This document shows positions 24,348 to 38,000 of a DNA stretch of 64,000 nt, piece by piece; within the stretch, counting starts at the first letter, position 1, and each line of letters begins with the position of its first letter. Source of the stretch: Eledone cirrhosa (Eukaryota); contig OZ024740.1 of NCBI GenBank assembly GCA_964016885.1, positions 166,470,001 to 166,534,000 on the forward strand. The letters run 5' to 3'. The notes beneath the pieces were generated by a model, which was not told the origin of the DNA, searched no databases, and worked only from the letters and a program-made list of their open reading frames with translations. Both the position numbers and the translations under genes were made by a program.

Positions 24348-25928
24348 TAATATACATGTGTGTGTATATATATATATATTTATGAATGTGTATGCATATG
24401 CATGTATGTATGCATGTGAGTGTATTGTGTATATATACATATAAACCGTAGATGCTAACGCACTGGTGCCGCATTCGAAAGTGACATGGTTCGTATACTC
24501 GGGGTGCCTGTGTCAACATGTTATCGCGTCCAGGGTTATTTTACCAGATTTTCCCTATTATTATTTATAGTGAATGACTGCTATTACGTTAATATTTTCG
24601 ATTTGCAAAGTCCAGTGCTTCGTAAGAAGAACCATAGGAACACACGTGCTTTATCTTACTTTTCTTTCCTTTCCGTTCTCTTTTCACTTTCTATCTTTCT
24701 ATTTCATCTTTTATTTGTTATTCAATATACCGATGTAAGAATAATATCCGAAATGTAAAGAGACTCTTCCTACTATATAAAGCGTTAAACTGATATATTT
24801 CCGTTTAATCTTTGCATACATACGCGTGGCCACCCACACTGACATACCCCCCCCCCCCCCACACACACACATACTCATATATAACACATCTAACAAAGTT
24901 ATCCTTTGAAACTACCTGAAAACGTTGTATATATATATATGTGTGTGTATAATACAATGTATAAATGAATATATAACATATATATCCAAAATTAAATTAA
25001 GGATGGTCATGTCTGAGAGACATACACCATGTAACATATATATGTTTGTTGTATATTTCTTTGAATACTTACTGGTCGGTATATTTTTCGAGTTTCATTC
25101 TATGTATAAATGTGGTATGGAATTTAGAGATTATATAAGAGAAGTTTCTGAGACCAACTATATATATACACAACATTTTCAGGTAGTTTAAAAGGATGGT
25201 CACTTTGTTAGATTGTACATCACCATTTCTAATATTTCTTTTCATGATTCAATTGTGAACATCGCTAGTTGGCTATCTGATCCTAATAATAAGAGCCTTT
25301 TGAATTTGCGAGTTCTCAATTCGAATAATATTCCCGATCCAATGGTGCTGGCTCATGATAAAAAGTGCTTCGAGTCCTTCAGTTCAGCTCCACTCAAATA
25401 TCGTTGGATTGGGTAAATTGTCCTTAGCCATAAACTTTAATTAGTCACAGCACATCATCAACATTATCATTATAACCATCCTCTTCGTCATTGTCATATC
25501 TCCACAATCACCATCATAGACCCCCATCCACGTTATCCACTTCACATTCATCTCCCCATCATCATCGTCAACATCATCATTATCATCAGAATGATCATAA
25601 TCATTTCGCGTTCAGCCAGAAAACGTCTTAGCCAAATAATTCGCTCCACAGTTGCAAAACTCATGGAATTTCTTCCTGTGGATGTTTCCTTTTCACTGAT
25701 ATAGGCTAAAGAAAGTTCAAGCTGAACATGAACCACATAGATCCCAGCAGTCTAGACAAACAGGGAAAGGTCACATGAACAGATGAACAGCTTTTAATCT
25801 TCTAATTAGAAAATAAAAGATGTCTTACATTTTCTCTTTATATGTTAATGTTTAAATCAATATCTCTATAGTCTGACATCCATCTATCTATCTACTGATC
25901 CATAATTTCCCCCGTTATGTATGAATAT

Positions 25929-25975
<47 letters not shown>

Positions 25976-26128
25976 CATACGTACATGTGAGTGTATGTGT
26001 GTTACTGTATTTGCCTATGGCATGTACATTTTGTTATGTGTGTATGTATGAGATTATTAGATGTTTCTATCATCCCAAGGTATAGATATAATATATATAT
26101 ATATATATATATATTATATCTATACCTT

Positions 26129-26203
<75 letters not shown>

Positions 26204-26867
26204 CATATATACCCTTAACGTATATTATCACTGTGATTATTTTATTTATATATATATATTTTTTTATTTTGTTATTACAAGCCATTTCTTGCTTTGGCAA
26301 GTCATTGTTTGTCGGCGGTTTCTATTTCCTATCTACTTCCTGTTTTAGTGAACGTTTCCCTGGTAATCTTTCCACACCCATCCCTGCCATTGCTTAAAAA
26401 TCTAAGACACACACAGACATACATATATCTATTTTAGTGATTCTGGCTTCTTTGTTTCATTAACCTTTACATTTTCGTATAATGAATAGTGCCACATCAT
26501 CGAGTCTGGCAGGCTGGCTGATATAGTTTTTTTTTACAATCTACATATTATAGTTTTCTTATGTTTTTATGAAAGATATTTGGTGTACTATAATTACGTA
26601 CATACACTCCTTATTTTCTCACACGTACCATCATACAAATTGTATCTACGTATGTATGTATGGATAAATGTATGTACGTGTGTATGTATATATGTATAAA
26701 TGATGTATATATGTATATATATATATGTGTGTGTGTATGCATATAGAGAGAGTTGTGGGTAAGAAAAGACCAATCAGCATATAATGTGGAATTGGAATAT
26801 TTATATTAACAGTTTCTTTTACATTCGAAGTACTTGAATTTTCAAGACACGCCTAAATTATCAAAAG

Positions 26868-26998
<131 letters not shown>

Positions 26999-27054
26999 TA
27001 ACAGATTAAAGTTTAAGCAAATAACCGGATTTTACACTTCACATATATTATTAT

Positions 27055-27088
<34 letters not shown>

Positions 27089-27136
27089 ATAATAATACAT
27101 TTCATATATAACCACATACCCCATACCGTTAACTGC

Positions 27137-27176
<40 letters not shown>

Positions 27177-27232
27177 GAGCACTCTTCACTCCTATGACTT
27201 TTTCAGTTTTCAATTTTCAACGGAAACTTCAA

Positions 27233-27292
<60 letters not shown>

Positions 27293-27450
27293 CGCAGTTA
27301 TGTGTATGTGGTTAAGAGCCTCGCTCCGCATATGAGTGGTTTCGTGTTTAGATCACTGAACTAAAACTTGAGCAAGCCATTCTTATTATGTGCTTGGTTT
27401 GCCCAATGTGCTGTGATGGAAATTTCGCTGAGGTAATCTGTAAGAGACGG
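27293..27450 (+). mobile_element. Old tRNA-derived SINE of a second family
   Basis: GTGGTTAAGAGC A-box-like head, decayed B box and CTTGAGCAAG core-like segment. A related copy lies at about 50190-50350. Confidence 0.5.
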
Positions 27451-27550
27451 CATGGTAAATACAAACCCTATATTTATATGTATATATGTGTGTGTGTGTA
27501 TGTATGTGTGTGTGTGTGCATGTGTGTGCGTGTATGTGTGTGTGTGTGGG

Positions 27551-27582
<32 letters not shown>

Positions 27583-30500
27583 GTGTGTTTGTATATATAT
27601 TCCTAAAAATGCAGCAGAAACATAAACAAAGATAGAGCTTACAATAAAATTGTACACGTATTTATATTTATTTTACTAATTTTGTAAAAATAGTTTTATT
27701 TACAAAATACTGTCCGAATTTACATACTTATTGGCATGAAGTAAATTATTTTTCGAAATGTTTTTTCAAATATTTATTGAAATCCATGGTGGGCGTTCAT
27801 AATATACTTAGGATTTTCCAGTAAAAGACAATAACATTTCTGCTGCTTCCATTTGTTTTAAGAATATTAGAAAAATCACATAAGCTATAAGCTCGAATAC
27901 AAAATGTCGGCTACCATGGTGCAAACCTCTCGGTTAGAATATAGAATATATTCACATTCATGTATATATCTATTCACGGAAGCAATCTCGTAAAAATATA
28001 TACACATGCATGCAGATATACACGCGTTTGACCTCCATCATTTGCGACAATGTGCGCTCCAGTTGTTCGAACCAGAAAACAGCTTGCTTTTGAAATTAAC
28101 GTATACATTGTTGAGAATTCCACTTTAGCCTTAGCATATTTACTCGTAGGTTTCCGCGTGATACAGTGTACCATATGAGACAGTGTCTACGAAAAAAAAA
28201 AAATATTCTACAAAGTAAAAAGTTTTTTAGCCCTGAGCTATCACCACAGACATTCCAACTCTGACCATCCAATGATTTTTTAATAATTAGAATTACTTTG
28301 TTTGCTTCCTCTTATCCGGCTTTAAGACGGTTTGTCAATGTTGCAGTTAGTAATGGTGCTATTGTTATTGCTACTACTGCTACAACAACAATACTAGTAG
28401 TAGTAGTAGTAGTACTAGTAGTAGTAGTAGTAGTACTAGTTGTAGTAGTAGTAGTAGTGGTAGTAGAGTAGCTGTGGTGGCTGTGGTGGTGACAGCGGTA
28501 GTAGTTGTTTGTAGTGGCAGTGGTAGAGGTGGCGGTGGTGGTGACGGTTGTGATTGTTACTGTTTTTCAAACCTCAACTATTGTTTGAATTTATCAATAG
28601 CACAGAGACTGACTGTGGAACAATTCTAACAGCCTACAGCTGTGGGCACGTTGGTATATTGCGTTCATAATCGAACGTGATCAGTGCATGATGAGTGATC
28701 TTAGCTGTGACGCATTTATTTTTCCTGTGTTCACTCAGAACTTTTAGGATATTAAACATGCGATGCATAATTTGAATCAAGAGAGATTTGCATCTAAGTT
28801 AAGCAGATTAGCTTTTCTTGGTTAAGTCTAAGTTATCTTTCATTATGCGGACCTATGCTCAAAATTATTCCATCTTTGACCATACTGATTTGTTTCCAAG
28901 AGGATTACGTTATCTACTGTGTTTTTTTAAGACTAGTGGATACGACATATGCTGTTAATTCTAGAATATTATACGATCACGTAAACCATTAAACGTTGGC
29001 TAGACATCGAATAATTCTACAGACTAGGTAAACAGATTATTTGCTAATTTGTTTTATTACCAAGGTTAATGGGTACCTATGACTATCTTCAATAGAGTTT
29101 CCGGTGTGAACTCCAAAATTGTATAATTATTTAATATCAACGTATGGATTATATAATTATAAAAATAGCAACCCAAATTGTTGCAAGTGCCAACACTTTA
29201 TTTTATATTTTATTTGTGAAAACGAATTCCATCATTAAAGGTTATTTCGAGTCGCGGGTCGATAGAATTACGTACCAACGATGTACTGGGTTTGCTATGA
29301 TGGTATTTATCATCCACTCTAAATTGTTGGATTTGTGCCTAAATTAGAAACCGTTATTACATTTATCCTATTGTACTTATTATAAATATGTTATAAAATA
29401 CTGCAAGGGGAAATATTACTGAGTCATTATAACAATGACATTTCGTATTGTTATTAGGGTTATGTAGAGCAAGATAAGGGACTGTATCAATTCAAAATGT
29501 TAAATGCAGTTGAATCAAATTCTAGAAGTACAAAGTGTGAAGCCATTTTATACAGCAAGAGTGTCATTTATATGAATATAACAACATTTTTTTATATTTG
29601 AATATTTGTTCGTTCGGCTGCATCTTTCATGTTCAGTTTCTTTGTGTTAAACATTCTATATACAAACATTGCCAAAGGAAGGCTTCTGATTATTTATTTC
29701 AGTACAAGGTCAGTGGGAGAAAACACATGTAAATCTCGTTTATTAAGAAAGTGGTATTTGCCGGGCAAATAGTGAAATATTTCGCCAGTATTTAGCTGTG
29801 CATATCATTTATATCAGTAACTCCCAAAGTGTGATGAGGAGGGAAAGGTGATCAAAGGATAAATGAGTATTACAGATACAACTCTCATTTTCATTGAACT
29901 CAATGATAACGTTAACTTACTGAAAGAGAAATATAATATAAATAGTAATTATATAATATATTTACAGATATAAGCATGGCAGATCCTAGGAAGAAATATC
30001 AACACCTACAAACAAACTAATTCCAATGCGACTGATTTACAAATAGAATGTTCAAACCACTCATGAAATCTTCGGAATTATCGGAGCAACTAAAAATATT
30101 TGTACTCCCAACATAAATAGGTACTTATTTTAAATATAAAAATTATATTTTTGTGCTCAAGTAAGACTCGATTTCGTTAGACAAGACACTGTCATCAATG
30201 GGGATGCTTCAGTCATATTAAACCTTGCTTGCGAAACATAGTCAATAGGAACCCTATATTAGCACATCTCAACGAATCATGCTAGTTCATGTTGACTATG
30301 TCTCACCGACAAGATGTATTCAGACAGAACCACGTCTATTTCAATCAACACCTCAACAATCAAAAAGGAAACTTTCCTCATAGGCATGGAAATTATTAAT
30401 TTTAAAAGGTAATTTTATTTCTTTAAAGTTGTCACCCCTATTCACTGTCAATCACAGAGATTGTTGACAATAATTAACTAAATATAAACACTTACGTTGG

Positions 30501-30599
30501 GACGCACACATTTCATATTTCAAATTTTCACTATGCTTCTTAAAACAACTAATTTATACATATATATATATATACATTTAGAAACAAACACACACACAT

Positions 30600-30666
<67 letters not shown>

Positions 30667-30987
30667 AACACATATATACGAACATAAATACCTATGTGGA
30701 TGACCATGCGTGTACCTATACGTGTGTACGTGTGAACGTGTGTTTAGACAGTGGTTAGTATGTACACGTTCAATGATCATGTTTGTAAGAGCGCACGCGC
30801 GTGTGGATAAAATCTTGTGTGGCTTCGGAAAATTTCATCAAATTATATCTAATTTGTTCCATCAAGTGCTTCAGAAATGAGAATCTAAAATCCGGGTCAT
30901 TTTTCTATTTTACCAGTGAAAATTTCTTCTATCGTCTCTTAATTTTCTCTGAGGCCGCTTACGTCTCTTTCCACCTCTCATCATCAA

Positions 30988-30989
<2 letters not shown>

Positions 30990-31082
<93 letters not shown>
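30990..31082. repeat. (CT)n microsatellite
   Basis: Seen directly. Confidence 0.97.
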
Positions 31083-31084
<2 letters not shown>

Positions 31085-31499
31085 ATATATATATATACAT
31101 ATCTCACTCTCGCTCTCCCATTCTCTCTCTCTCTTTCTCCCCACCCCTCTCTCTCACTTCTTTTCCTGAATAATACAAAAAGACAAAGAACAATAGAATA
31201 TTTGGACGAATAGCCTGGGTGAACTCTTAGTAATAGAAGTCGTAGAAAACAAAATTTGACTCCCTGTCGGAAAAACGTGAAGGAGAGGACAACAATAGAA
31301 ACGAAGAAATAATGAAGAAAATAATCAATGAAAAGAAACTATAAAGAAGAAAACTTAAAATATATAGTGGTATTATTTGTATCAGTAGCATTAATATTAT
31401 TAGCAAAAACAGTATTAGTAGTAATATTATTATTGATAGTAGTAGCAGCAGCAGCAACAATGGTAGTAGTGCTGGTATTATTATTAGTATTATTATTAT

Positions 31500-31557
<58 letters not shown>

Positions 31558-31640
31558 TATAGTAGTAGTAGTAGTAACAGTTGTAGTGGTAGTCATTGTA
31601 GAAGAAGAAGAAGAAGAAGAAGAAGAAGAAGAAGAAGAAA

Positions 31641-31674
<34 letters not shown>
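31500..31674. repeat. Compound (TAG)n(GAA)n(TAA)n microsatellite
   Basis: Seen directly. The (TAA)n part abuts the Dong element. Confidence 0.95.
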
Positions 31675-31679
<5 letters not shown>

Positions 31680-34600
31680 GGAGGAAAGGGACCAGAACCA
31701 ACTGGACGAAAGAATTGAATAGAACTGTTATGCAATGTTACATGAAGAGTAACCCCAATGAGAAACGCAATAGGAGACGCATGCATAACATCTGGAACGA
31801 GATTGGTCTATTTAAATTAGATGAACAAAAATTTCGCCGGGCAGGCTCGGGTAATAAGAACTAATGGGTGGATAAGCGAGCTTGAACTGGAGGAACTGAG
31901 CAGAGTGATTAGGTTGGAAATGGAGAGTGGAGTATGCAAGGCAAACGAGTCAGAGGGAAATGAAGGTGAAGAGGTTGAGAGAACGGAGGAACCATCCGAA
32001 GCAGACAATTATCTGAATGCTGAAATAAATAATACCTGGAACAAAGATACGGCCATTAAGGAAATGAATGCTGGCGGGCTAGAACAAGATTTGGTTGATA
32101 TACTAAACTTAGTGGTAGATGAATTGAACAATGATAGTGGAAAACCTATGAACCTAAGATTTGTAGACAGGAAAAAGTTAAAAGAAACAACAGCTAAGGT
32201 AAACAAAGTCATCCCATACCTTGAGGCGAGGAGCCTTCACCAGTGCAACAATATCCTCAAAGCATCAGCAAATGCGGTGAGGAAATTAATTGGCATAAAA
32301 GCGAGAGGAAACAACAAACAAGAAAGATCAGAACATGGGTGGAAGAAACGACTGAATGGTCAATTTAGGGAAATGAGAAATGACATTGGAAAGCTTGAGT
32401 CCCTACTGAATGGGACACTAAAAAACATAGACACTAAAAATAGACTGGAAATAAAGTACAAAACTAGGAGGAAAAAGCTAAATATTATCATAGAGGAACT
32501 GAAGCAACGCATTGTAGCAAAGAGTGCAAAAATTAGGCGATACGAGAGCAGAGTCAGTCAGTATACACACAAACGTATGTTTGACAACAACCAGAAGATG
32601 CTGTTTGGACAGCTTGAAGGGAAAGAAAGAGGCAACGACTTGATCCCTGAGGCGGAAAAACTAAGACATTCTGGAGAGGAATATGGGAGCAGGATGTTAA
32701 ACATAATGACCAGGGAGTGTGGATTGAGACAGTACAAAAGGAGATAAGTCAACAGGCACACCAACAAACTGATTTGAGTATCACAGTTGAAACTCTTAAG
32801 GGGCAGGCCAAAAAACTAACCAACTGGAAATCACCCTGCCCGGGTGGTGTGCAGGGGTATTGGATTAAAAATATAACATCCCTCCACCCGAAACTGACAA
32901 CCATGTTCAATGACTGCTTGATGTCAGGTGAGGTACCAGAGTGGTTGACAAAAGGTACCAGAGTTCTGGTTATGAAAGACCGAATCAAGGGTAATAATGT
33001 TACCAACTATAGACCTATCACATGTCTGTCCGTAATGTGGAAACTGTTGACAAGCATTATGACTGAGGAAATCTACCATCACCTCCACACAAACAAGTTG
33101 TTACAGGACGAACAGAAAGGATGCCGAATGAAGTCCCGTGGTACAAAGGACCAGTTACTTATTGATAAGATGGTAATGAGGAATTGCAAGAGGAGACACA
33201 CTGGTCTTGCCATAGGATGGATAGATTACAAAAAGGCATTTGACATGGTGCCTCATTCTTGGATCACCAAAAGCCTAGAGATCTTCAAGGTGGCAGATAA
33301 CATCAGACAGTTGTTGGGCAAAAGTATGAAGTTTTGGAAAACAGAGTTAACATCAACTGGAGAATCCTTGGGAGACGTGAAGATCAAAAGAGATAGTCTG
33401 TCCCATCTGTTGTTTGTCCTTGCCCTGATGCCCCTGACCATTATACTGCGAAAAGTGAGAGCAGGATACAAGTTGGAAAGGGGTGAGCTTACCATCAATC
33501 ACCTCCTCTTCATGGACGATCTTAAGTTCTTCGGGAAGAGTGAGAAGGAGTTGGATGTGCTTGTTGACACTGTCCGTATTTTCAGCAAAGATATATGTAT
33601 GCAATTTGGTATTAGTAAGTGTGGAGTCCTTGCGATGAAGAGGGGTAAATTGAGCAGAAGCAACGGAATCGAGGTACCAACAGGTGAGATGATAAAGGAA
33701 ATTGACACTGAAGAAGGATACAAGTATTTGGCTGATGACATCAAGAACAAATAAAATGAAGGAATTGATAAGAACTGAATACATTCGGAGAGTAAGGAGC
33801 GTATTAAAGTCACATCTGAACAGTAGGAATGCCATAAGTGCAGTAAATACCCGAGCTGTGTCTATTATTAGGTACAGTGCGGGAATTCTGAGATGGAATG
33901 TTGCTGAACAAAAAGAAACGGATAGGCAGACTAGGAAGCTATTGACTATTTACAACATGTTCCACAAGAGGAATGATGTCGATATACTCTACTTAAGGAG
34001 ATCTGAAGGTGGAAAAGGTCTTATCAGCATAGAGGACTGTGTTCAGATGGAGAAAAACAACCTACACAAATACGTGACTGATAGTAAGGAGCCAATGCTC
34101 AGAATTGTACTGAAGGAGAGGACAATAGACCAGGGGATGTCCAAGGAGAATATAAAAATAAGGAGAAAGAGCAGCCTTCATGAAAAATCCTTTCATAGTA
34201 CCTTCTTTGAGAAAACTGAATTCAGAGATCCACAGACATGGAATTGGTTGAAAAGCGGAGACCTTAAAAAGGCTACAGATGGAATGTTAATGGCTGCGCA
34301 AGAGCAGGCCCTCAAAACGAAGTGGCTGTAACACCATGTTTACAAGGAGGAGGCTAGCCCACTGTGCAGGATCTGTGGAGAGAGAGAGGAGACTGTGGCT
34401 CACATTATATCCGAGTGTAAACACCTAGCCCAGACTCACTATAAAGGCTGGAGACATGATGTGATGGGCAGGGTGATCCACTGGCACCGATGCAAAGTAA
34501 ACAATTTACCACATTCTGAGAAGTGGTATGAGCATAAGCCAAAGTCGGTGATAGAAAACGATCAGGTGAAGGTGCTGTGGGATTTTAGGATACAGACGGA

Positions 34601-35009
34601 TAAGAAACTGGAACACAATAGACCTGACCTGGTGGTTTTGGACAAGGAAAAAAGATCGTGCCTGATTGTGGATGTGGCCTGCTCATTCGACACGAGAGTG
34701 TAAGAGAAGGAGAGGGAGAAAATTAACCGATACCAGGACTTACAGTGGGAGGTAAAAAGGATTTGGAACTGCCATGAAGTCAAAGTTATTGTCATAGGTG
34801 CAGTAGGGACTATCTCAAAAGGTTTCCAATGATGGTTAAAGAAAATTGGCCCCGCCACGCTTTTTGGAACGCTTCAAAAGGCATGCTTGCTGGGAACAGA
34901 AAGAACCCTCCGATACATCCTGAATATCTGAGGCTGCAGGTAGCGGCTTGATATTCATTTCAACAAACTTTCCAGTTAAATAACATCAATGACTGAGACT
35001 CAAAGAATT

Positions 35010-35033
<24 letters not shown>
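31675..35033 (+). mobile_element. R4/Dong-clade non-LTR retrotransposon, copy 1 (slightly 5'-truncated, disrupted)
   Basis: RT motifs [21 protein letters not shown] and [13 protein letters not shown] region CRIC..HIISEC and RLE motifs RHD, KVLWDFRIQTD, NRPDLVV. Flanked by (TAA)n, with an A-tract at 35010-35033. Confidence 0.92.
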
Positions 35034-35040
<7 letters not shown>

Positions 35041-35044
35041 ATAA

Positions 35045-38000
35045 TGTTTTCTTTATTAACCACAAGGGTTTACATAAAGTAGACATTAAGGACAGTAAAG
35101 GACAATACAGGACGGTACAAACGGGCATTTCTGCGTGTAAAAAAACAGGATGTAATAAAAAATAACAATGAAAAATTCCCCAATAGGGGGGAGACTTCCG
35201 AGGGACATTTGTGGAGAAAGCCCATTAAAAGACCACAGTGACACTGACCACCAGGGCAAGTGCCCTCTCCCAGTTTTCCACCTTTAATTTACAGACACAT
35301 ACTCAGAGTAGGCACATTCACTCGGGCCATACTTGCTTCTCTCACCCATCTTTCAACAAAATGCTGGGAATAGAGCACTTCCCTCACTACCCTGATTTTC
35401 CTTTTCAAATGAAATTTGAAAAATTTAATCAGGGCATCACCGAAGAGGTAAGTGCTCGTCTTCAGCCCTTTCAAATGTGACCACCATACTATCTCTTTCG
35501 CCATGGCCACCAGTCACATAAAAGGCCACCAGACAGATAAAAGGAAGAGAGCGGGGCAATCCTCACGATGGACTCAGCTGATAGCCGGATTCGTCCTACA
35601 CGTGTCAGCAGGTGTTTCTCCAAGTACGTCGTCGCTCTTCCCCTCCACTAATCCTCTATAGAACGCCATGGTGGAGTTTCCACCGATCACATTGCCCGAT
35701 TGGTCGAGGGCTGTGAGCGCCTAAAGACATACCAGTCTCCAAGCGCCCGCTCTCGGTCTTCACTTGACCCAGGACTGCAGCTCCGTCAAGGAGACGAGCT
35801 GGGGGAAGACGTGTCTAGCAAACGGCGACCACACCTAATCACCGTCGAGGAAGAGGTGGAGATGTCGTAGCCTGAGCGCGTGTCTGCGCATCATCAGCCA
35901 CGGCATGCCCAGCCCTCCACGTAGCGGGTGTTGACAGCAGATTGACCGCCTGACCATTGGAGCGCGTCCCTTCCACAAAAAGTGAAAGAGCAAACGCTCC
36001 AGCGCAGTCAGGCGGGGCTTAGGACAAGGTACGACGGTCAGGCGGTAGTAGATGACGGACGCGATGTACGCGTTAGCCACCTCCGCTCGACCTTTCAGGG
36101 ATAGCTTCCTCTCCGCCCTTTTCTGGGTGAGAGAAGCCACTCTGCTCGTCACCTCGTCCAAGTTTTTGTCCGCCTGGATGTCCGCACCAAACCAGACCCC
36201 TAGCAATTTAACCCGTCCGTCCGTCCAGCACCCGACGACGCTGTTGGACGGCATGGACCTGCCTCTCCAGGTGCCGAGCTGCAGGCCCACAGACTTTTCC
36301 TGGTTGATCATTGCTCCTGTCACCGCTTCGTATTCTCTTAGTGTAGTGCCGATCGCCTCGATGTGTTTGGCATTCGACACCACTACGGTGACATCATCCA
36401 CATATGCTGACACGGATCTTCCGCATCCTAGTTCGCGCGTGACCCACCTCAACGTCTCCAGTTTGTGCAGTAATGGCTCGAGTGTCAATATGTACAAGAG
36501 GTACGAGAGGGGACATCCTTGGCGGACCGAGCGCATGATGTTGAACGGTTCCGAAAGGTGACCGTTCACTCTCACCACAGAGCAGATGTTGCTGTGCATG
36601 GCAGCGATCCAGGCTCTGGAGACGGGCCCAAACCCAGACGCCCTCAGGACTGCCGCTAGGTAACGATGGTCGACCCTATCGAATGCTTTCGACTGATCTA
36701 AATTGATCAAGGACCCACCTGTGCCAGGTTCCCTAGCTACCCTCTCTACGATGTATCGCATGAGGTGGAGGTTGTCGTGGATGGATCTGTCGGGAATGGC
36801 GCATGTCTTCGCCTCTCCCACCAGAGCACCAACGACAAGCGCCAACCTCTTTGCTAGTACCTTGGCCAAAATCTTGAACTCTGAGTTTAGCAGAGTTATG
36901 GGCCTCAAATTATCTATGTTATCCCCCTTGTTCGGATCCTTTCTCCGCAGCGCCACAGCTCCTCGGCTCACTGAGCTGGGAATTCTCCCGTTCTGTTGCC
37001 AGTTGCAGTAGACGTCCGCCAAGAGGCCTCCGAACAAGTTTGGCGTCTGTACGTAAAGTTCATAGGGCAGACCATCCAAACTAGCGATTTACCCCTTGTG
37101 CAGCCAGTCATTGCCTCCCGTACTTCAGCGGCTGTTATCGGCTTTTCGCAACACGAGAGCCGCGGCAGTCCATCGAGGTAGACACTAAAGTCCATCCCTC
37201 GATCCCGCACGCCGCTGCCCCCGAACAGCTGTGCGAAGTGTCGCTGAAAAGCTTCACACATTTGCCCAGGAACGAGTAGCATGCACCCGTCGTGGTCCAC
37301 CAAAGAACGGATCGTGGCTTTGTTGCCACGCCGCGCCTCCGCCACTCGGGCCCATTCAACGGCTTTCGTCCCCTAGTGTCTGAGAGCACGCACCCTAGCT
37401 CTGACAACGCAGCCTTCGTGCTTTGCATTGAAGAATTGGTCAAGGGCCAATTTCGCCGCAAGTACGTCGGTCGCGATGCCTTTGCTAAGCGCCTCTTCTA
37501 ATTTTCTAACTAGTTCTCCCTCTGCTCTATTTTTCTCTATTACTAAAGCCTTACTAACCTAATGGACTCTATTCTAATCGCTCTTTTCAGAGCAAACCAG
37601 CAATTGTTTTTGACGATGGCCCCCGTCAACGCCCGCTTAACTTGTTCGCTAATCCGGTCTCTGTAGGCCTTGCGCGGTGGTAAGGACGCATTTAGCTTCC
37701 AGTAGCCGGGTCCTCGTCTATGAAGCCTATCTAAGTCAAGCACACAGATCACGAATTTGTGGTCCGGGTAGCTGACTATCTTGAATTGTGGACAGCCTAT
37801 GCTAGACCTATCTACTTCTCTACAAAATACTCTATCTAGATATGATGTGGATGACCCTATGCGATTTGTCCAAGTCCATATTGGCACATTCGGGAAATCC
37901 AATCGGTACCTGTCAGACAGTTCAAAACGCCTGAGCAGGTTGGTGAGGCTCTTGCACCCTCCTCCCTTATCTGCTAATCCCACACAGTCCCAGCGTTCAC

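Noticed and set aside
36052-36561. Antisense ORFs over the LINE RT regions
   Set aside because: These are shadow frames of GC-richer coding sequence with no independent motifs.
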